Shown here: piece by piece, positions 36,655 to 49,720 of the stretch
Layout: every line of letters starts with the position of its first letter
Position numbering within the stretch: position 1 is the stretch's first letter
Notes under the pieces: generated by a model
What the model was told of the DNA's origin: nothing
What the model saw: the letters and a program-made list of their open reading frames with translations, nothing else
The model's database searches: none
Source of the DNA: Octopus sinensis
Taxonomy: Eukaryota
Direction of reading: 5' to 3'
Assembly: GCF_006345805.1 (NCBI RefSeq)
Contig: NC_042997.1
Span: forward strand, 30,938,001 to 31,002,000
Length of the DNA stretch: 64,000 nucleotides
Translations under genes and position numbers: made by a program

Positions 36655-37070
36655 TATAACATGTAACTTGCGACAGAAAAATGAATGTAAATTTAATAAC
36701 AAATGTATGATAAGGAATGTGGTTTACAAATGTTAAGTGAAGACGGGTACCCAAAAATGTGTACATTGGTGGTACAAGAGACACCATGAAAAATCGTCGC
36801 CGCAACCATCTTACGTCATTTTTCAACGTAAACAAAAGGCACGGTACATCATTATCTAACTTCATCTGGGGGCTCAAACAGAATGGAGTGGAGTATACAA
36901 TCCACTGATCTACCATAAAAACGCTAGACCATACAATAGAACATTGTGGGTGTATAACTTATGCTTAGAGGAAATACTGAAGATAATCACATCCAGAGCA
37001 AACATAATTAATAAATATTCCGAAGAAATTATATCAAGCAAGTATAAAAGAATTCGAAAAGGATGTTTTG
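36655..37070 (+). mobile_element. Penelope-like element GIY-YIG endonuclease remnant 1
   Basis: NVVYKC...YIGGTRDTMKNRRRNHLTSF...TSLSNFIWGLKQNGVEY...YNLCLEEI (frameshifted, with stops). Confidence 0.8.
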
Positions 37071-37526
37071 AAACAAAAAAAACACTAACAAGAGAAGAAC
37101 ATATAAACCAACAAAAACAAAAGCAAAAAAAAAACAACACATTATTTTCCTGTGCTATGTGCTAGCTATATCATTTACTATCAGAAGTAATTAAAAGAAC
37201 CTTCTAGGAGAACATCATATTTCAACTCAGACAATGAACTTCAATGTTGCTTCATATACTTGGGTCTTTCTCTAATAAGTTTATTTTGGAGTAAGTAAAC
37301 ATTCATGATTTCTTGGTCCAGTTCTCAACTTTTCCCCCTCCATCATTGATTTCCTTACAAACATTTGCTTTTTTTGATCCACTGTCAGAAAAAAACTTTA
37401 ACAGTTTTCTTTCTCTGTTGAAGAGCCAACATCGTATGTTTTGCAAATGGTTCATACAAATGGTTCACACGTTTTACGCCACCTCTTTTCTTTGCTGAAT
37501 CCATAATGGGGCTATACAGAAACAAA

Positions 37527-37910
37527 TCTCTCTATATATAAACGGCAGTTTGTCTGTGTGTGTTTCTGTGTGTCTGTTAGGTTGTACCCTCACCCTGACC
37601 ACGGCTTTCAACCGATTCTGATGAAACTTGACACACACATAGCCCAATGTCATAATTCAAAACTAACGCAGCGAAAATTTTGAAAAGTTCCCCCAGTTCT
37701 GAAAAAAATCGATAAGTTCGACATGGGGTCTAGAATCAGAAACACAAACCACAGACTGTCTAGGGGACGCAACTCGACCTTTTAACTCTCAAAAAAAAAT
37801 TTACCATAATTTTTTTTCCATTTTTTTGCTATTTTTTGGGTATAACTCTCTAAAAATGCTTTATAGTTATTTCCCTTACAAACCCGAGCAACGCCGGGCG
37901 ATACTGCTAG
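37527..37910 (+). mobile_element. Non-autonomous Helitron (same ends as, but different interior from, 27019-27411)
   Basis: A|TCTCTCTATATATAAA start; cccgagcaacgccggg hairpin; CTAG|T end. Confidence 0.88.
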
Positions 37911-37974
37911 TAAATGATAAAAGGAGAAGGAATGAGCATCAAAAGATAAACGGCGCCTCCAGAAAACACTGAAT

Positions 37975-38990
37975 TCTCCAATATATGTGAAGCTAAAAAC
38001 GTAATCTACCAATGCGATGTAATCGCAAATAATTACAAGAAATCTTATATTGGAGCAACAAAAACGAAATGATACTCAGCTATAACTCCCATCGATCTAG
38101 TTTCAGAATGAGAAGTAAAGCGCACTCTACCAGACTTAGTAGTTACATTTGGGAATTGAAAGACAAAAATATTAACTATAGTTTAGAATGGTGTTTCCCA
38201 GCCAAAACTTCCTCATATAACATTAACAATAATCGTTGTAATCTCTGTGTAAATGAGATATTCGTTATCTTAATGGCCAAATCACATCTGCTTAATAAAA
38301 GAGAAGAGAAAAATAATTCTTGTTTGCATAAAGGCCAATTCGTATTCTCAAAATATCGCTAAAATTTATTTATCCTTTAAATATCGCTAATCCCTATTTT
38401 ACAGGTTATTAGTGGACTTGCTTAACCTCTTATTACTTCCCCTTAACTTTCCCACGTACCTCGTAGCACTACATAACCTCACTCCACATTATAAACCAAA
38501 TACTGAACGTTATACTTATTTTACGTAGTACGTTAGGGCACTCTTTCCTATGATTTAATTTCATTTGATAGCTAGACTACCGATTCATTTTACATGCTAT
38601 AATTTCCCTATCGATCTTAAGACAGGATACAGGCAGAAGTAGGTCTTAACTCTTTTGTCTGTCTCCTGTCTTAGCTCTTTTCTCCAGCGTTCACCACTTT
38701 ACCTTGTTATGGCTTAACAGCCCTCACCGTTTGTTTTTACTGTTTTCTTCTTACTGTTCTGTTCTTGTTAACACTTTCACCCTCCGCAAAAATCCCAAAT
38801 TTTATTTAATTTGCTTTGCAGGAAGAACTGCTTCAACGAAGTCACATCTTGTCCCAACCTTCGTAACGCGGAGTAGATGAAACAGGGACAAATGATGAAG
38901 AGGAATATTCTTTATGTTGCATGTCGCGTTTCTCTGTGATTTTCGTTGTTCGAAAAAAGTTCGTTTTCTATGTTTTTGTTTTTATGCATT
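37975..38990 (+). mobile_element. Penelope-like element GIY-YIG endonuclease remnant 2 plus probable 3' repeat region
   Basis: NVIYQCDV...SYIGAT...YNSHRSSFR...STRLSSYIWELKDKNINYSLEW...RCNLCVNEI...LLNKREE...CLHK to stop 38362; the 3' boundary is approximate. Confidence 0.82.
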
Positions 38991-39460
38991 CATTGTGTTC
39001 AAGGTTTTTTGATGTCCTGTACCCATCTATGCATGTATATATACATATATATATGTAGGTATGTACATATATGTATGAATATATGCATATATTTATATAT
39101 TATTCATATTTTTATATGATCGAACGCCACGCATCCTTTTCCAAGTTTTTTATATATATATATATATATATATCTATATATATATCTACAGACACACACA
39201 CACACAGACACACAGACACGCACACACAGACACAGATACACACACACACACACGCACACACACAAGTGAAACCGTGTGGATCAGTGGTTTGGTTCACGCT
39301 CGTAAGGTTGTGAGTTCATTTCCCGGCGACGCTTTCAACCTTCACTGGCAAATGTGACCAAGGCTCTAAAGACCGCTCTCATGTAGGTTTGCAGCTTCAG
39401 TGTATTCTCACCTGCTAGTCTGTTGAACCCCTGACTTGTGTTGGACTATAAGGAGAGAAC

Positions 39461-39844
39461 GTGGAGGCGCAATGGCTCAGTGGTTAGGGCAGCGGACTCG
39501 CGGTCATAGGATCGCGGTTTCGATTCCCAGACCGGGCGTTGTGAGTGTTTATTGAGCGAAAACACATAAAGCTCCACGATGCTCCGGCAGGGGATGGTGG
39601 TGATCCCTGCTGTACTCTTTCACCACAACTTTCTCTCAGTCTTACTTCCTGTTTCTGTTGTACCTGTATTTCAAAGGGCCTGCCTTGTCACTCTCTGTGT
39701 CACGCTGAATATCCCCGAAAACTACGTTAAGGGTACACGTGTCTGTGGAGTGCTCAACCACTTACACGTTAATTTCACGAGCAGGCTGTTCCGTTGATTC
39801 GGATCAACCGGAACTCTCGTCGTCGTAACCGACGGAGTGCTTCC
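39461..39844 (+). mobile_element. tRNA-derived SINE family D
   Basis: A box tggctcagtgg, B box gtttcgattcc; 11-bp TSD aaggagagaac (39450-60, 39845-55). Confidence 0.92.
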
Positions 39845-40423
39845 AAGGAGAGAACACTACAGCGGACGGTCAGCAGTACTCTCCTGTCCCTGACTTCTAG
39901 ATCCTATGGCAAGACGTGGCCGGCATAACTGAAGATATACTAGCGATGCAGTGGATGACCAAAGAAATTTATTTGTCTCACATTGCTTTGAACTATGTGT
40001 TCAGTAGTAACGTTGAAAGCTAGCTATCCCATTGTTTCCCACTGGAACTTTACTGTTGATGGTTGGTCTTTCTTTGCTTAGTCCACCAAATATACAATCG
40101 TAGCATACGTTGAATGACAAACCTTCAAGGAATTTCGCTCAAGCTGTTTTAGTCAACCAGCCAGTGCCGTTACCCAGGAGGCTGCACACTGCCTCATGTA
40201 GACAGTTCGTGGAGACGCAGGTGACGGCTGGGTGACAGGTAGATTCCAATGGCAGACGAGCCTAGCTGAAAGAGAATTGATAGAACACTTACCAAAGGTG
40301 CTATCCTTTTCTGATACTCCATATGACCTATGCAGAGAAAAATTGGTCCTAACAAAGCATGCGAGCTACTAAGATTCTACCTGACACAGATAGTAAGATC
40401 CTTGACCTGCTAAAAGGATGATG

Positions 40424-40905
40424 ATGATGATCGTCATTGTCGTCGTCGTCGTCGTTTAACCTCCACTTTCCATGCTAGCATGGATTGGGCGATTTGACTG
40501 AGGACTGGCGAACCAGGTGGCTGCACCAGGCTCCAATCTGATCTGGCAGACTTTCTACAGCTGGATGCCCTTCATAACGCCAACCACTCCGAATGTGTAG
40601 TGGGTGTTTTTACGTGCCACCGACACGAGGGCCAGTCAGGCGGTACTGGCAACGTCCACGCTCAAATGGTGTTTTTTTACGTGCCACTTGCACAGCAGCC
40701 AGTCCAGCGGCACTGGCAACAACCTCGCTCGAATGTCTTTTTCACGTGCCACCGGCACAAGTGCCAGTAAGGCGACGCTGGTAACGATCACGCTCAGATG
40801 TGCTTTTTACGTGCCACCGGCACGGAAGCCAGTTAGCTACTCTGGCAACGATCACACTCGGATGGTGCTCTTAGCGCTCCACTAGCACGGATGCCAGTCA
40901 TCGAA
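40424..40905 (-). mobile_element. Family C copy with internal tandem units
   Basis: Consensus match. Confidence 0.82.
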
Positions 40906-41654
40906 TTTGACGAATATTAAAATTTGCATCCTTCCAAAGCTGAAACTGAGAACATCAGTCTTAATATATTTTATCTTCTACAATGCTGTTGAAAGATTTT
41001 TACAGAACTGTTATGGCGAAAGAAGAAATCACGGTTGCATTGTTGTATGGAAACAATCTTTTTAGGTAGACCACATGAAAGAGGCTTGCCATCGATGTGG
41101 TAGCGTAGTAAAAGAAGGAAGGAAACGTAGCATAGATGAGAAATACAGAGCTGTACTTTGCTGTTCCAAACCTCACGTTTTGTTCAGAAGGAAAAGCATT
41201 CTCTCAGAATCTTAAACTTCGCGTCCTGTCTGTCCTGAAGGAAATGGATTACCTCATTGTACTGAAATTAGTTTCGAATTTTGGCACAAGGTCAGGAAGT
41301 TAGAAGGAGGGGTTAAGTCGACTACATCAACTCCAGTGTTCTAGAGGTACTTATTTTGTTAAATCTGAAAGGATGAAAGGCAAAGTCGACCTTGGTGGAA
41401 TTTGAACTCAGAACGTAAAAGACGGGTGAAATGCCGCTAAGCATTTGGCCTGGCCAGCTCACCGCCTTTCATTTCGCTGATATTAACAACAGATTATAAT
41501 GCAATCTGAATTGGTGCGAAATTTTAGAACTTGGGCTTTTTTTTCTTTTTGAATCAATGGACACACAAGGGAGTCTAGTAGGGACGTCTTTTGAAAAGAA
41601 TAAACTGACCGGAATATATGACTGAAGACGTGTGAGGAGCTGTTGTTTCTCACT

Positions 41655-42045
41655 GTGGAGGTGCAATGGCCCAGTGGTTAGGGCAGCGGACTCGCGGTTC
41701 TAGGATCGCGGTTTCGATTCCCAGACCGGGCGTTGTGAGTGTTTATTGAGCGAAAACACCTAAAAGCTCCACGACGCTCCGGCAGGGGATGGTGGTGATC
41801 CCTGCTGTACTCTTTCACCACAACTTTCTCTCACTCTTACTTCCTGTTTCTGTTGTACCTGTATTTCAAGGGGCCGGCCTTGTCACTCTCTGTGTCACGC
41901 TGAATATCCCCGAGAACTACGTTAAGGGTACACGTGTCTGTGGAGTGCTCAACCACTTACGCGTTAATTTCACGAGCAGGCTGTTCCGTTGATTCGGATC
42001 AACCGGAACCCTCATCGTCGTAATCGACGGAGTGCTTCCAATCAA
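41655..42045 (+). mobile_element. SINE family D
   Basis: Closely matches 39461-39844; ~14-bp TSD tgttt(c/t)tcactgtg. Confidence 0.9.
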
Positions 42046-42403
42046 TGTTTTTCACTGTGTACAAGACAAAATGGTTGGCACAGAGAATAACCTTATCCGT
42101 ATCAACGAAGCATGGTTAAAAGAAAACATTGTTGATGAAGAATGCTAAATAGCAACCAAGGCTTTCTCTTTCCCAAAATAATGACGCAGTTGTCGAACAC
42201 AACAACAGCAAGGAAGGATTTATAATTGATGCCATTGGTTACCGTCATTTTACGATGAACGAACAAGAAAATTATATGGTTAAGTGACAGGAGCAAAGCC
42301 GCCGGCAATTGAATAATTATGGTTCGATTCCAAAACACAAATCCGAAAAAAAAAATAAAATAAAAATAAAAAAAGGAAAATGAGAGGCGTTAGCTGTGAG
42401 CTA

Positions 42404-42808
42404 CTCTTTTACTCTTTTACTTGTTTCAGTCATTTGACTGCGGCCATGCTGGAGCACCGCCTTTAATCGAGCAACTCGGCCCCGGGACTTATTCTTTTGT
42501 AAGCCCAGTACTTAATTCTATCGGTCTCTTTTGCCGAACCGCTAAGTAACGGGGACATAAACACACCAGCATCGGTTGCCAAGCAATGCTAGGGGGACAA
42601 ACACAGACACACAAACACACACACATACATATATATATACATATATATACGACAGGCTTCTTTCAGTTTCCGTCTACCAAATCCACTCACAAGGCTTTGG
42701 TCGGCCCGAGGCTATAGCAGAAGACACTTGCCCAAGATGTCACGCAGTGGGACTGAACCCAGAACTATGTGGTTCGTAAGCAAGCTACTTACCACACAGC
42801 CTCTCCTG
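42404..42808 (-). mobile_element. SINE family A
   Basis: Consensus match. Confidence 0.9.
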
Positions 42809-43211
42809 CTACTTCAACTATGTTTTAATTACCTTTGCCGGAAAATGTTAAGGAAATATACAAATGGTTTATTTGTGGTATTTCTAAATGGTATACGAAT
42901 TATTATTTACATTTAAAGGATTTAAGGATAAATAATAATTTCTAGTAATAGCACAAAATCAGCATTTAGGTGCGCGCGCGTGTATGTAAGTGTGTGTGTC
43001 TGTGTGCTTGCATACGTATGTAGGAGGTGATCGATTACATCGATCCTAGTGCGGTCTTTGAATTCAGAATTTAAAGAGTCAGAACAAATGCTGCAAGGAA
43101 TTTTGGCAGATACATCAGAGTAGTATATCATGCCGGGGTCAATATTGTCTTTCAGCCTTTCGAGAGTAACCCCCTCCCCTCCAAAGCCTCTCAAAAATAA
43201 ACAAACAAGCT

Positions 43212-44639
43212 TAGGAGTGGCTGTGTGGTAAGTAGCTTGCTTACGAACCACATAGTTCTGGGTTCAGTCCCACTGCGTGTTACCTTGGGCAAGTGTCTTC
43301 TACCATAGCCTCGGACCGACCAAATCCTTGTGAGTGTATTTGGTAGACGGACACTGAAAGAAGCCCGTCGTATACATACATATATATATATAGGTAAACA
43401 GTAAAATTAATTACAGACATGGACAAGAACATGAAACACCACAGAGACGACACAAGAACCACAGGACGGGACATTCGAAGCCCTCAGTCATCAGTCAAGA
43501 ACCAGATCATCTTAGCAATTTCGGCTGATAATCTTGAGATTGCTCCGATATGGCCAGCCCGCCAAGGGAAATCTAAGCCAAGCGCATTAGATCCCCTGGA
43601 AGAAAGCTTCGAATGTATACAACGAAAGGACGGAAAACGATCGAAGTACACAAACAAAATACAGAATAGTGACACCAAAGAATACAAAAACGTAAAAACA
43701 ATAACGGTAAAAATAAAAAATAAACAACAAAACAAAACCAGGACGTAGGACAAGGGTCTTTCGACAGGACGATTTGAGTAGGGGTGGCTTGTGAAGTTGT
43801 GCCTAAAGGCCACGGGGAGACGAACAAATACGTGTTGCTTCTGAGGCTGCTGAAAACGAAAAGAGCGCTCAACAGCGGCTAGCTGTCACGTGAGAACAAA
43901 AGACAGGAGAAAGGGACAGATGAAAAGGGAGAGAAGGTGGACGAGGGAGGAGAAGAAAGAGACAGATCGAGGGGGCTGGAGGTGAGAGAGATAGAGAAAC
44001 GTAGAAGGGGGGGGCGGATGGAGAGGGAAAGAAAGGAAGGGAATAAGGGAGGAGAGAGAGAGAGAGAAAAAGAGACAGATTAAGAGTCGTATCAAAGCTT
44101 GAGAAAAAAATATACTTATCGTATAAGGAAATTGTGGATACGTAGCCGCCGATTATATAGGTAAACAGTAAAATTAATTACAGACATGGACAAGAACATG
44201 AAACACCACAGAGACGGACACAAGAACCACAGGACGGGGCATTCGAAGCCCTCAGTCATCAGTCAAGAACCAGATCATCTTAGCAATTTCGGCTGATTAA
44301 TCTTGAGATTGCTCCGATATGGCCAGCCCGCCAAGGGAAATCTAAGCCAAGCGCATTAGATCCCCTGGAAGAAAGCTTCGAATGTATACAACGAAAGGAC
44401 GGAAAACGATCGAAGTACACAACAAAAATACAGAATACGTGACACCAATAAGAATACAAAAACGTAAAAACAATAACGGTAAAAATAAAAAATAAACAAC
44501 AAAACAAAACCAGGACGTAGGACAAGGTCTTCGACAGGACGATTTGAGTAGGGGCTGGCTTGTGAAGTTGTGCCTAAAGGCCACGGGGAGACGAACAAAT
44601 ACGTTTGCTTCTGAGGCTGCTGAAAACGAAAAGAGCGCT

Positions 44640-44707
<68 letters not shown>

Positions 44708-44990
44708 ATGTATGTATGTATGTATGTATGTATGTATGTATGTATGTATGTATGTATGTATGTGTGTGTGTGAGTGTGCATACGTTTTGTGTCTGTATCT
44801 GTCCCCCGAACATCGTTTGACATCCGATGCTGGTGTGTTTACAACCTCCGTAACTTAGCGGTTCGGCAAAAAGAGACCGGTAGAATAAGTACTTGGCTTA
44901 CAAAGAATAATTCCTGGGGTCGATTTGCTCGACTAAAGGCGGTGCTCCAGCATGGCCACAGTCACATGACTGAAACAAGTAAAAGAGTAA
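43212..44990 (+). mobile_element. SINE family A split by an insertion in its (TA)n tract
   Basis: 5' half at 43212-43388, 3' half at 44645-44990. Confidence 0.85.
43389..44644. mobile_element. Non-coding element with two ~490-bp direct repeats (43389-43874, 44156-44644) around a 281-bp purine-rich spacer; Penelope pseudo-LTR or TRIM-like
   Basis: Repeats are nearly identical apart from small indels; inserted in (TA)n; no coding capacity recognised. Confidence 0.75.
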
Positions 44991-45068
44991 AACAAATAAA
45001 ACAAACGAAAAGCAAAAGCCAAAAACGTTCCAATGCAGAGCGTTGGATCAGCGAAACTGCCAGAGTCC

Positions 45069-45127
45069 CGGACGGCATATCTGGCAGTACCGGACGGCAT
45101 ATCTGGCAGTACCGGACGGCATATCTG
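45069..45127. repeat. 22-bp tandem repeat (cggacggcatatctggcagtac), about 2.7 copies
   Basis: Directly visible. Confidence 0.9.
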
Positions 45128-45420
45128 TCCAGGCCTTTTCTATGAAACTGATGTCACTGATGACACGCTGTATCGGCTAAAAGTTGGTAGCCATCCTCTT
45201 GGATAAAGGTGACATGGAGAGAGACTTGCATACATTGACATGCAATCTTCAGCAACAAACCCCGCTCTAGCTTGCATATACATGCGCAACTACACGACCA
45301 ATATTGATCAACGGAGGTCCTAGAGGGAGATATGGCTGCTATTTTCTAGCAGGTTGGGTTTGCTCATGGACGCTGCATCACTGTCTTGTTTAGGAAGGTG
45401 AAGCGATATATTTTTACTTT

Positions 45421-46210
45421 AAGACGGTTAGCTGGTAGAAACGTTAGCACGCCGGGCGAAATGCCAAGCGGTATTTCGTCTGCCGCCACGTTCTGAGTTC
45501 AAATTCCGCCGAAGTCGACGTTATCTTTCATCCTTTCGGGGTCGATGAAATAAGTACCAGTTACGCACTGGGGCCGATGTAATCGACTTAATCCATTTGT
45601 CTGTCCTTGTTTGTCCTCTCTGTGTTTAGCCCCTAGTGGGTAGTAAAGAAATTGGCATTTCATCCGGTTTTACGTTCTGAGTTCAAATTCCACCGAGGTC
45701 GACTTTGCCTCTCATTCTTTCGGGGTCGATAAAATAAGTACCAGTCATGTACTGGAGTTGAGGTAATCGGTTATCTCTTCCCACAGCATTTCGTGCCTTA
45801 TTCCTATGGTAGAAAGAATTATTGGTCTCATATTTTGGCACAAGGCCAGCAATTTCGAGGGAAGGAATAAGTCAATTTCATTGATCCCAGTAGTCAACTG
45901 GTGCTTATTTTATCGATCCTTGAAGGATGAATGGCAAAGCAGAATTTGAACTCAAAGCGTAAGGACGGACGAAATACCTATTTCTTTACTACCCACATGG
46001 GGCTAAACACAGAGAGGACAAACAAGAACAGACAAACGGATTAAGTCGATTATATCGACCCAGTGCGTAACTGGTACTTATTTAATAGACCCGAAAGGAT
46101 GAAAGGCAAAGTCGACCTCGGCAGAATTTGAACTCAGAACGTAACGGCAGACGAAATATCGCTACGCATTTCGCCCGGTGTGCTAACGTTTCTGCCAGCT
46201 CGCCTCCTTA
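45421..46210. mobile_element. Head-to-head cluster of SINE B copies (+ 45421-45780, - 45830-46210)
   Basis: Core and tail matches on both strands. Confidence 0.82.
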
Positions 46211-46591
46211 ACAGAAAGTATTATTAATACTCTCTTGTGAAGGCGGTGATATAATGTGTTGTATTTCTTCGAGCTGTTTTTGTTTAGAGTTCAAATCTCG
46301 CTGGAGTCGACTTTACCATTCATCCTTCCGAAGGAGTTAAAATAAATTACACATCAAGTACTGAAATCGGTGCAATTGATTAACTCCTCCACTGAAAATT
46401 GCTGGACTCAACAGATTGTTTTGAAAGAACTGAGTTGACAGAATTGTTGGGGCTTCGGAAAAAATACTTCGCGTATTTCTTCCCACTTCGCGTTATGAGT
46501 TCAAATTCAAACGAGGTTAACGTTAACTTTTATCCTGTTGGGGTAGATAAAATAAAAATAAAGTACCAGCTAAGAATTGACGTCGATTTAA

Positions 46592-46781
46592 CACATTGAG
46601 CGCCATATATACAATATAGGTATACGCAGCACTTTACAAACGTGCATTGTGTACGTGTTTTCTCATCGAAAAATGAACTGTATACAGCTATTGTATACAA
46701 TTGAAATACTATACGAATTTGAAAAAAACCACGTGAGGCACATATGACCGATTTACACATTTCTTCTTGGCACTCAATATG
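46592..46781. mobile_element. piggyBac-like MITE inserted in a SINE B remnant
   Basis: TIR ca(c/t)attgag(c/t)gcc, with TTAA on both sides (46588-91, 46782-85). Confidence 0.7.
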
Positions 46782-46973
46782 TTAATCGATTAACCCCTCA
46801 ACTCAAAACTGTAGCCCATGTGTCGCAATTAGAAATTATAATTAAAAAGACTCTTGTATTTTCAGATGATTCTCCTTTCTTGCAGACATCGTTTATCTTG
46901 GAATACATTATCCAATGTGATTATCCTTTTTAAAGATAGCTGCGTATGATTTGAGAGACGTTTGGTTGCTCTT

Positions 46974-47404
46974 TGTGGCGACCCAACATGGATTATAAGT
47001 TGTTTTTATTTTTGATGTTTAGATCCATGTCAGCTCGAATTAAGTAGAGTGGTAGGGATTCGAACCCCGGCTGCAAGATATTCAGTTAGGCATCACGAGT
47101 GAGCCACCACAGTTTCACGCGATTGATCTATAAATCAGCCAATCAGCGTGAAGCTGTGTAACGTGATATGGCTTCTTGGATGATCTAAGATTCGCCCCTA
47201 TAAAAACTGTTTGGCGCCTGAATCAGCCAGACGGCTTCGGAATTTCGCGTAGACCACCTTGGGCACTCACAGAAGGCAGACCATTAAGATCAGACCAGCT
47301 CGAGTAAGAAACGATTTTGGACACTCACATATGACGTACCTTAGCTAACCTTCTACAAGACACAGCACGGTTCTCTCCTCCTTGTTGACATCATATTGTC
47401 AACA
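46974..47404 (+). mobile_element. Candidate solo LTR (431 bp) with CCAAT and TATA boxes
   Basis: TGT...ACA termini, 4-bp TSD TCTT, CCAAT at 47139-43, TATAAAA at 47199-205. A 4-bp TSD is weak evidence. Confidence 0.5.
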
Positions 47405-47552
47405 TCTTTCTTTTGTAAACAGTCAACGCTGCAAATCATGTCCAGCAATAAATATATTAAAAATTAAAAGTTTATGAGTTTGCTTCGTTATTATGCACGC
47501 AGCGAGTTCGACCACATGACGATGGTCTTCCACAATACCATACACATCCAAC

Positions 47553-47965
47553 GGATCTTTTCGGTTTGACCGGCAGTTTTTTCTAGCGGTGTCATATGAA
47601 ATTGTCACCCATAATTATGACCCCAGTATCGATCTATTGCATTTCAATCTGTTTTAGGGTTAGGGTTATGGGTGGGGGGAAGGGTATCTTTTTTTCTTCA
47701 CAAATGTAAATAAACCCAATCTGTTTCTTAAACGAGGAATATATTCATACGGCACAATGTTTTCACCTAAAATAGACGTCATTGATTGGTTGAAATTACA
47801 GAAATTGAAGAAAAAAACAACAGCAAATATCTTACTATAGAATTTTCTCAATAAATCCAAGAGAAAAAGTTGTTTTATAAGCACATTCTACCAGTATACG
47901 AAGTTTAAAAGTGTTTAGTTACGTGGAAATTATTTAAAAAACTGCCGGTCAAACCGAAAAGATCC
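47553..47965. mobile_element. Merlin-like MITE, second copy
   Basis: Same TIR as 34609-35024; perfect 8-bp TSD catccaac. Confidence 0.88.
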
Positions 47966-48671
47966 CATCCAACACTGCAACCCAACAACAACGGTGACCA
48001 AGTATCCTCGTGACATTGGTGACCTCGAAGGCACTCTAGTTGGGGTCATTCCACCGATTGATTTTTCCGGCAAAGTGTATCTCGGACTAAATTATCCACT
48101 GTATTGTTTTTGCAACAGTAATATGTGATCTGAGGGAGATTTGGCTATAATCTTCGGCGGATCGAACTACTGCGTAAATTGCTATCCTGCCAATTCACAA
48201 TCGAGATGGCTGTTGTCATTGTTGTAGTTTAAATAAACTGAGGACCATCCTGATCGAGTAGCTCCATGATAAACGGCACTCCAGCCGTGATCAACCAGTC
48301 TATTCAGAGACATCCAGGACTACTTGGTGTAACGTAGCCATCCCTTTTCTAAAAGCAGCAGGGTATGTGATTTAGAAAGATTTGGTTGCTATTTCTAACA
48401 GACTGAGCGACTAGATGGAGGACCTAATTTTATCTCTAGAGTACGAGAACAAGACAGGTAAAAAAATAAGGGTTCGGGGTTTGCCGACCATTAAGTAGTG
48501 AAATATGCAGACGAGAGTGTATCATGTTCGACCTAACCTTTCTGGATGGCTGGAAATGAACTCCTAAACAAGAGGAAGAGGGATATCGAAGTAAAAAGGC
48601 CAGGCGCTTATTGTTTCCACTCACAAAAAGATTACAATACAACGGTCTTGAATAACTGTTGACAAACAATG

Positions 48672-48814
<143 letters not shown>

Positions 48815-49189
48815 ATCATATAGACTATAATCTCCCCCTCTTTATATCTATATGCGTATATGTGAGTATATAATTTATATATATATGCACACATTTACAC
48901 ACGTGTATGAGCGTGCTTGTATGTGTATGTGTGTGTGTGTGTGTGTGTTGTGTGTGTGTGTGTGTGAATGTGTGCGTGTGTGTGAACGTGTGTGTAAGCG
49001 TGTGTGTAAGCGCGCGCGTGCGAATATGTATTATGATGAAGCATGTATGCTGCATAGTGACAGTCTTCGACGTTTCGCCAGCAGTGGTTCATCAGCCAGT
49101 ATACATATATATATATATACATATACTGCTGGCTGATGAACATACATACATACATACATACATACATACATACATACATACAACATACA

Positions 49190-49220
<31 letters not shown>

Positions 49221-49666
49221 CTGTCTGTCTCTCTGTCTACTCATCAGCCAGTGTATGTATACCCAGCGAACTTCCACCATGGGTCATCACAATTGCTTAA
49301 GGTAAAAATGAATTCCTCGCTCTTTCAGAAACATCAATCTTCTATATTGACCGCTTTCCACCACTTTGATCTGTTTTTTGTATTGAATACGTGTCGCCAC
49401 CGTGGGCCACTGCATCGAACACTTTGAACATATACTTCAAACTATATATCAACTATACATGAACTATATATCAACTATACATGAACTCTAAGATGTCTGA
49501 CTCCGTTGTGTATTATAAATGAATTTCTTGTGTTTGACGGCATGAGCTGTCTCTTTTTATATATAACTTTTTTTGATAAGGTTCATTTCAGGAACTGAAA
49601 CATGTTATAATGTATATATAAAAATAAAAATTGTATATACAGCAGCATTTTCGAACTTCATTTTTT

Positions 49667-49720
<54 letters not shown>

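Noticed and set aside
39461-39540. tRNA-like sequences (heads of SINE A, B and D; antisense GGTTCGAATCC at about 47050-47075)
   Set aside because: They have A/B boxes but no complete cloverleaf, and continue into SINE bodies or LTR-like sequence, so they are not called as tRNA genes.
45225-45255. Minus-strand CTGAAGA followed by a TTGCAT/ATGCAA helix (hammerhead-like)
   Set aside because: The helix is followed by GTCT rather than GAAA, so the core is incomplete.
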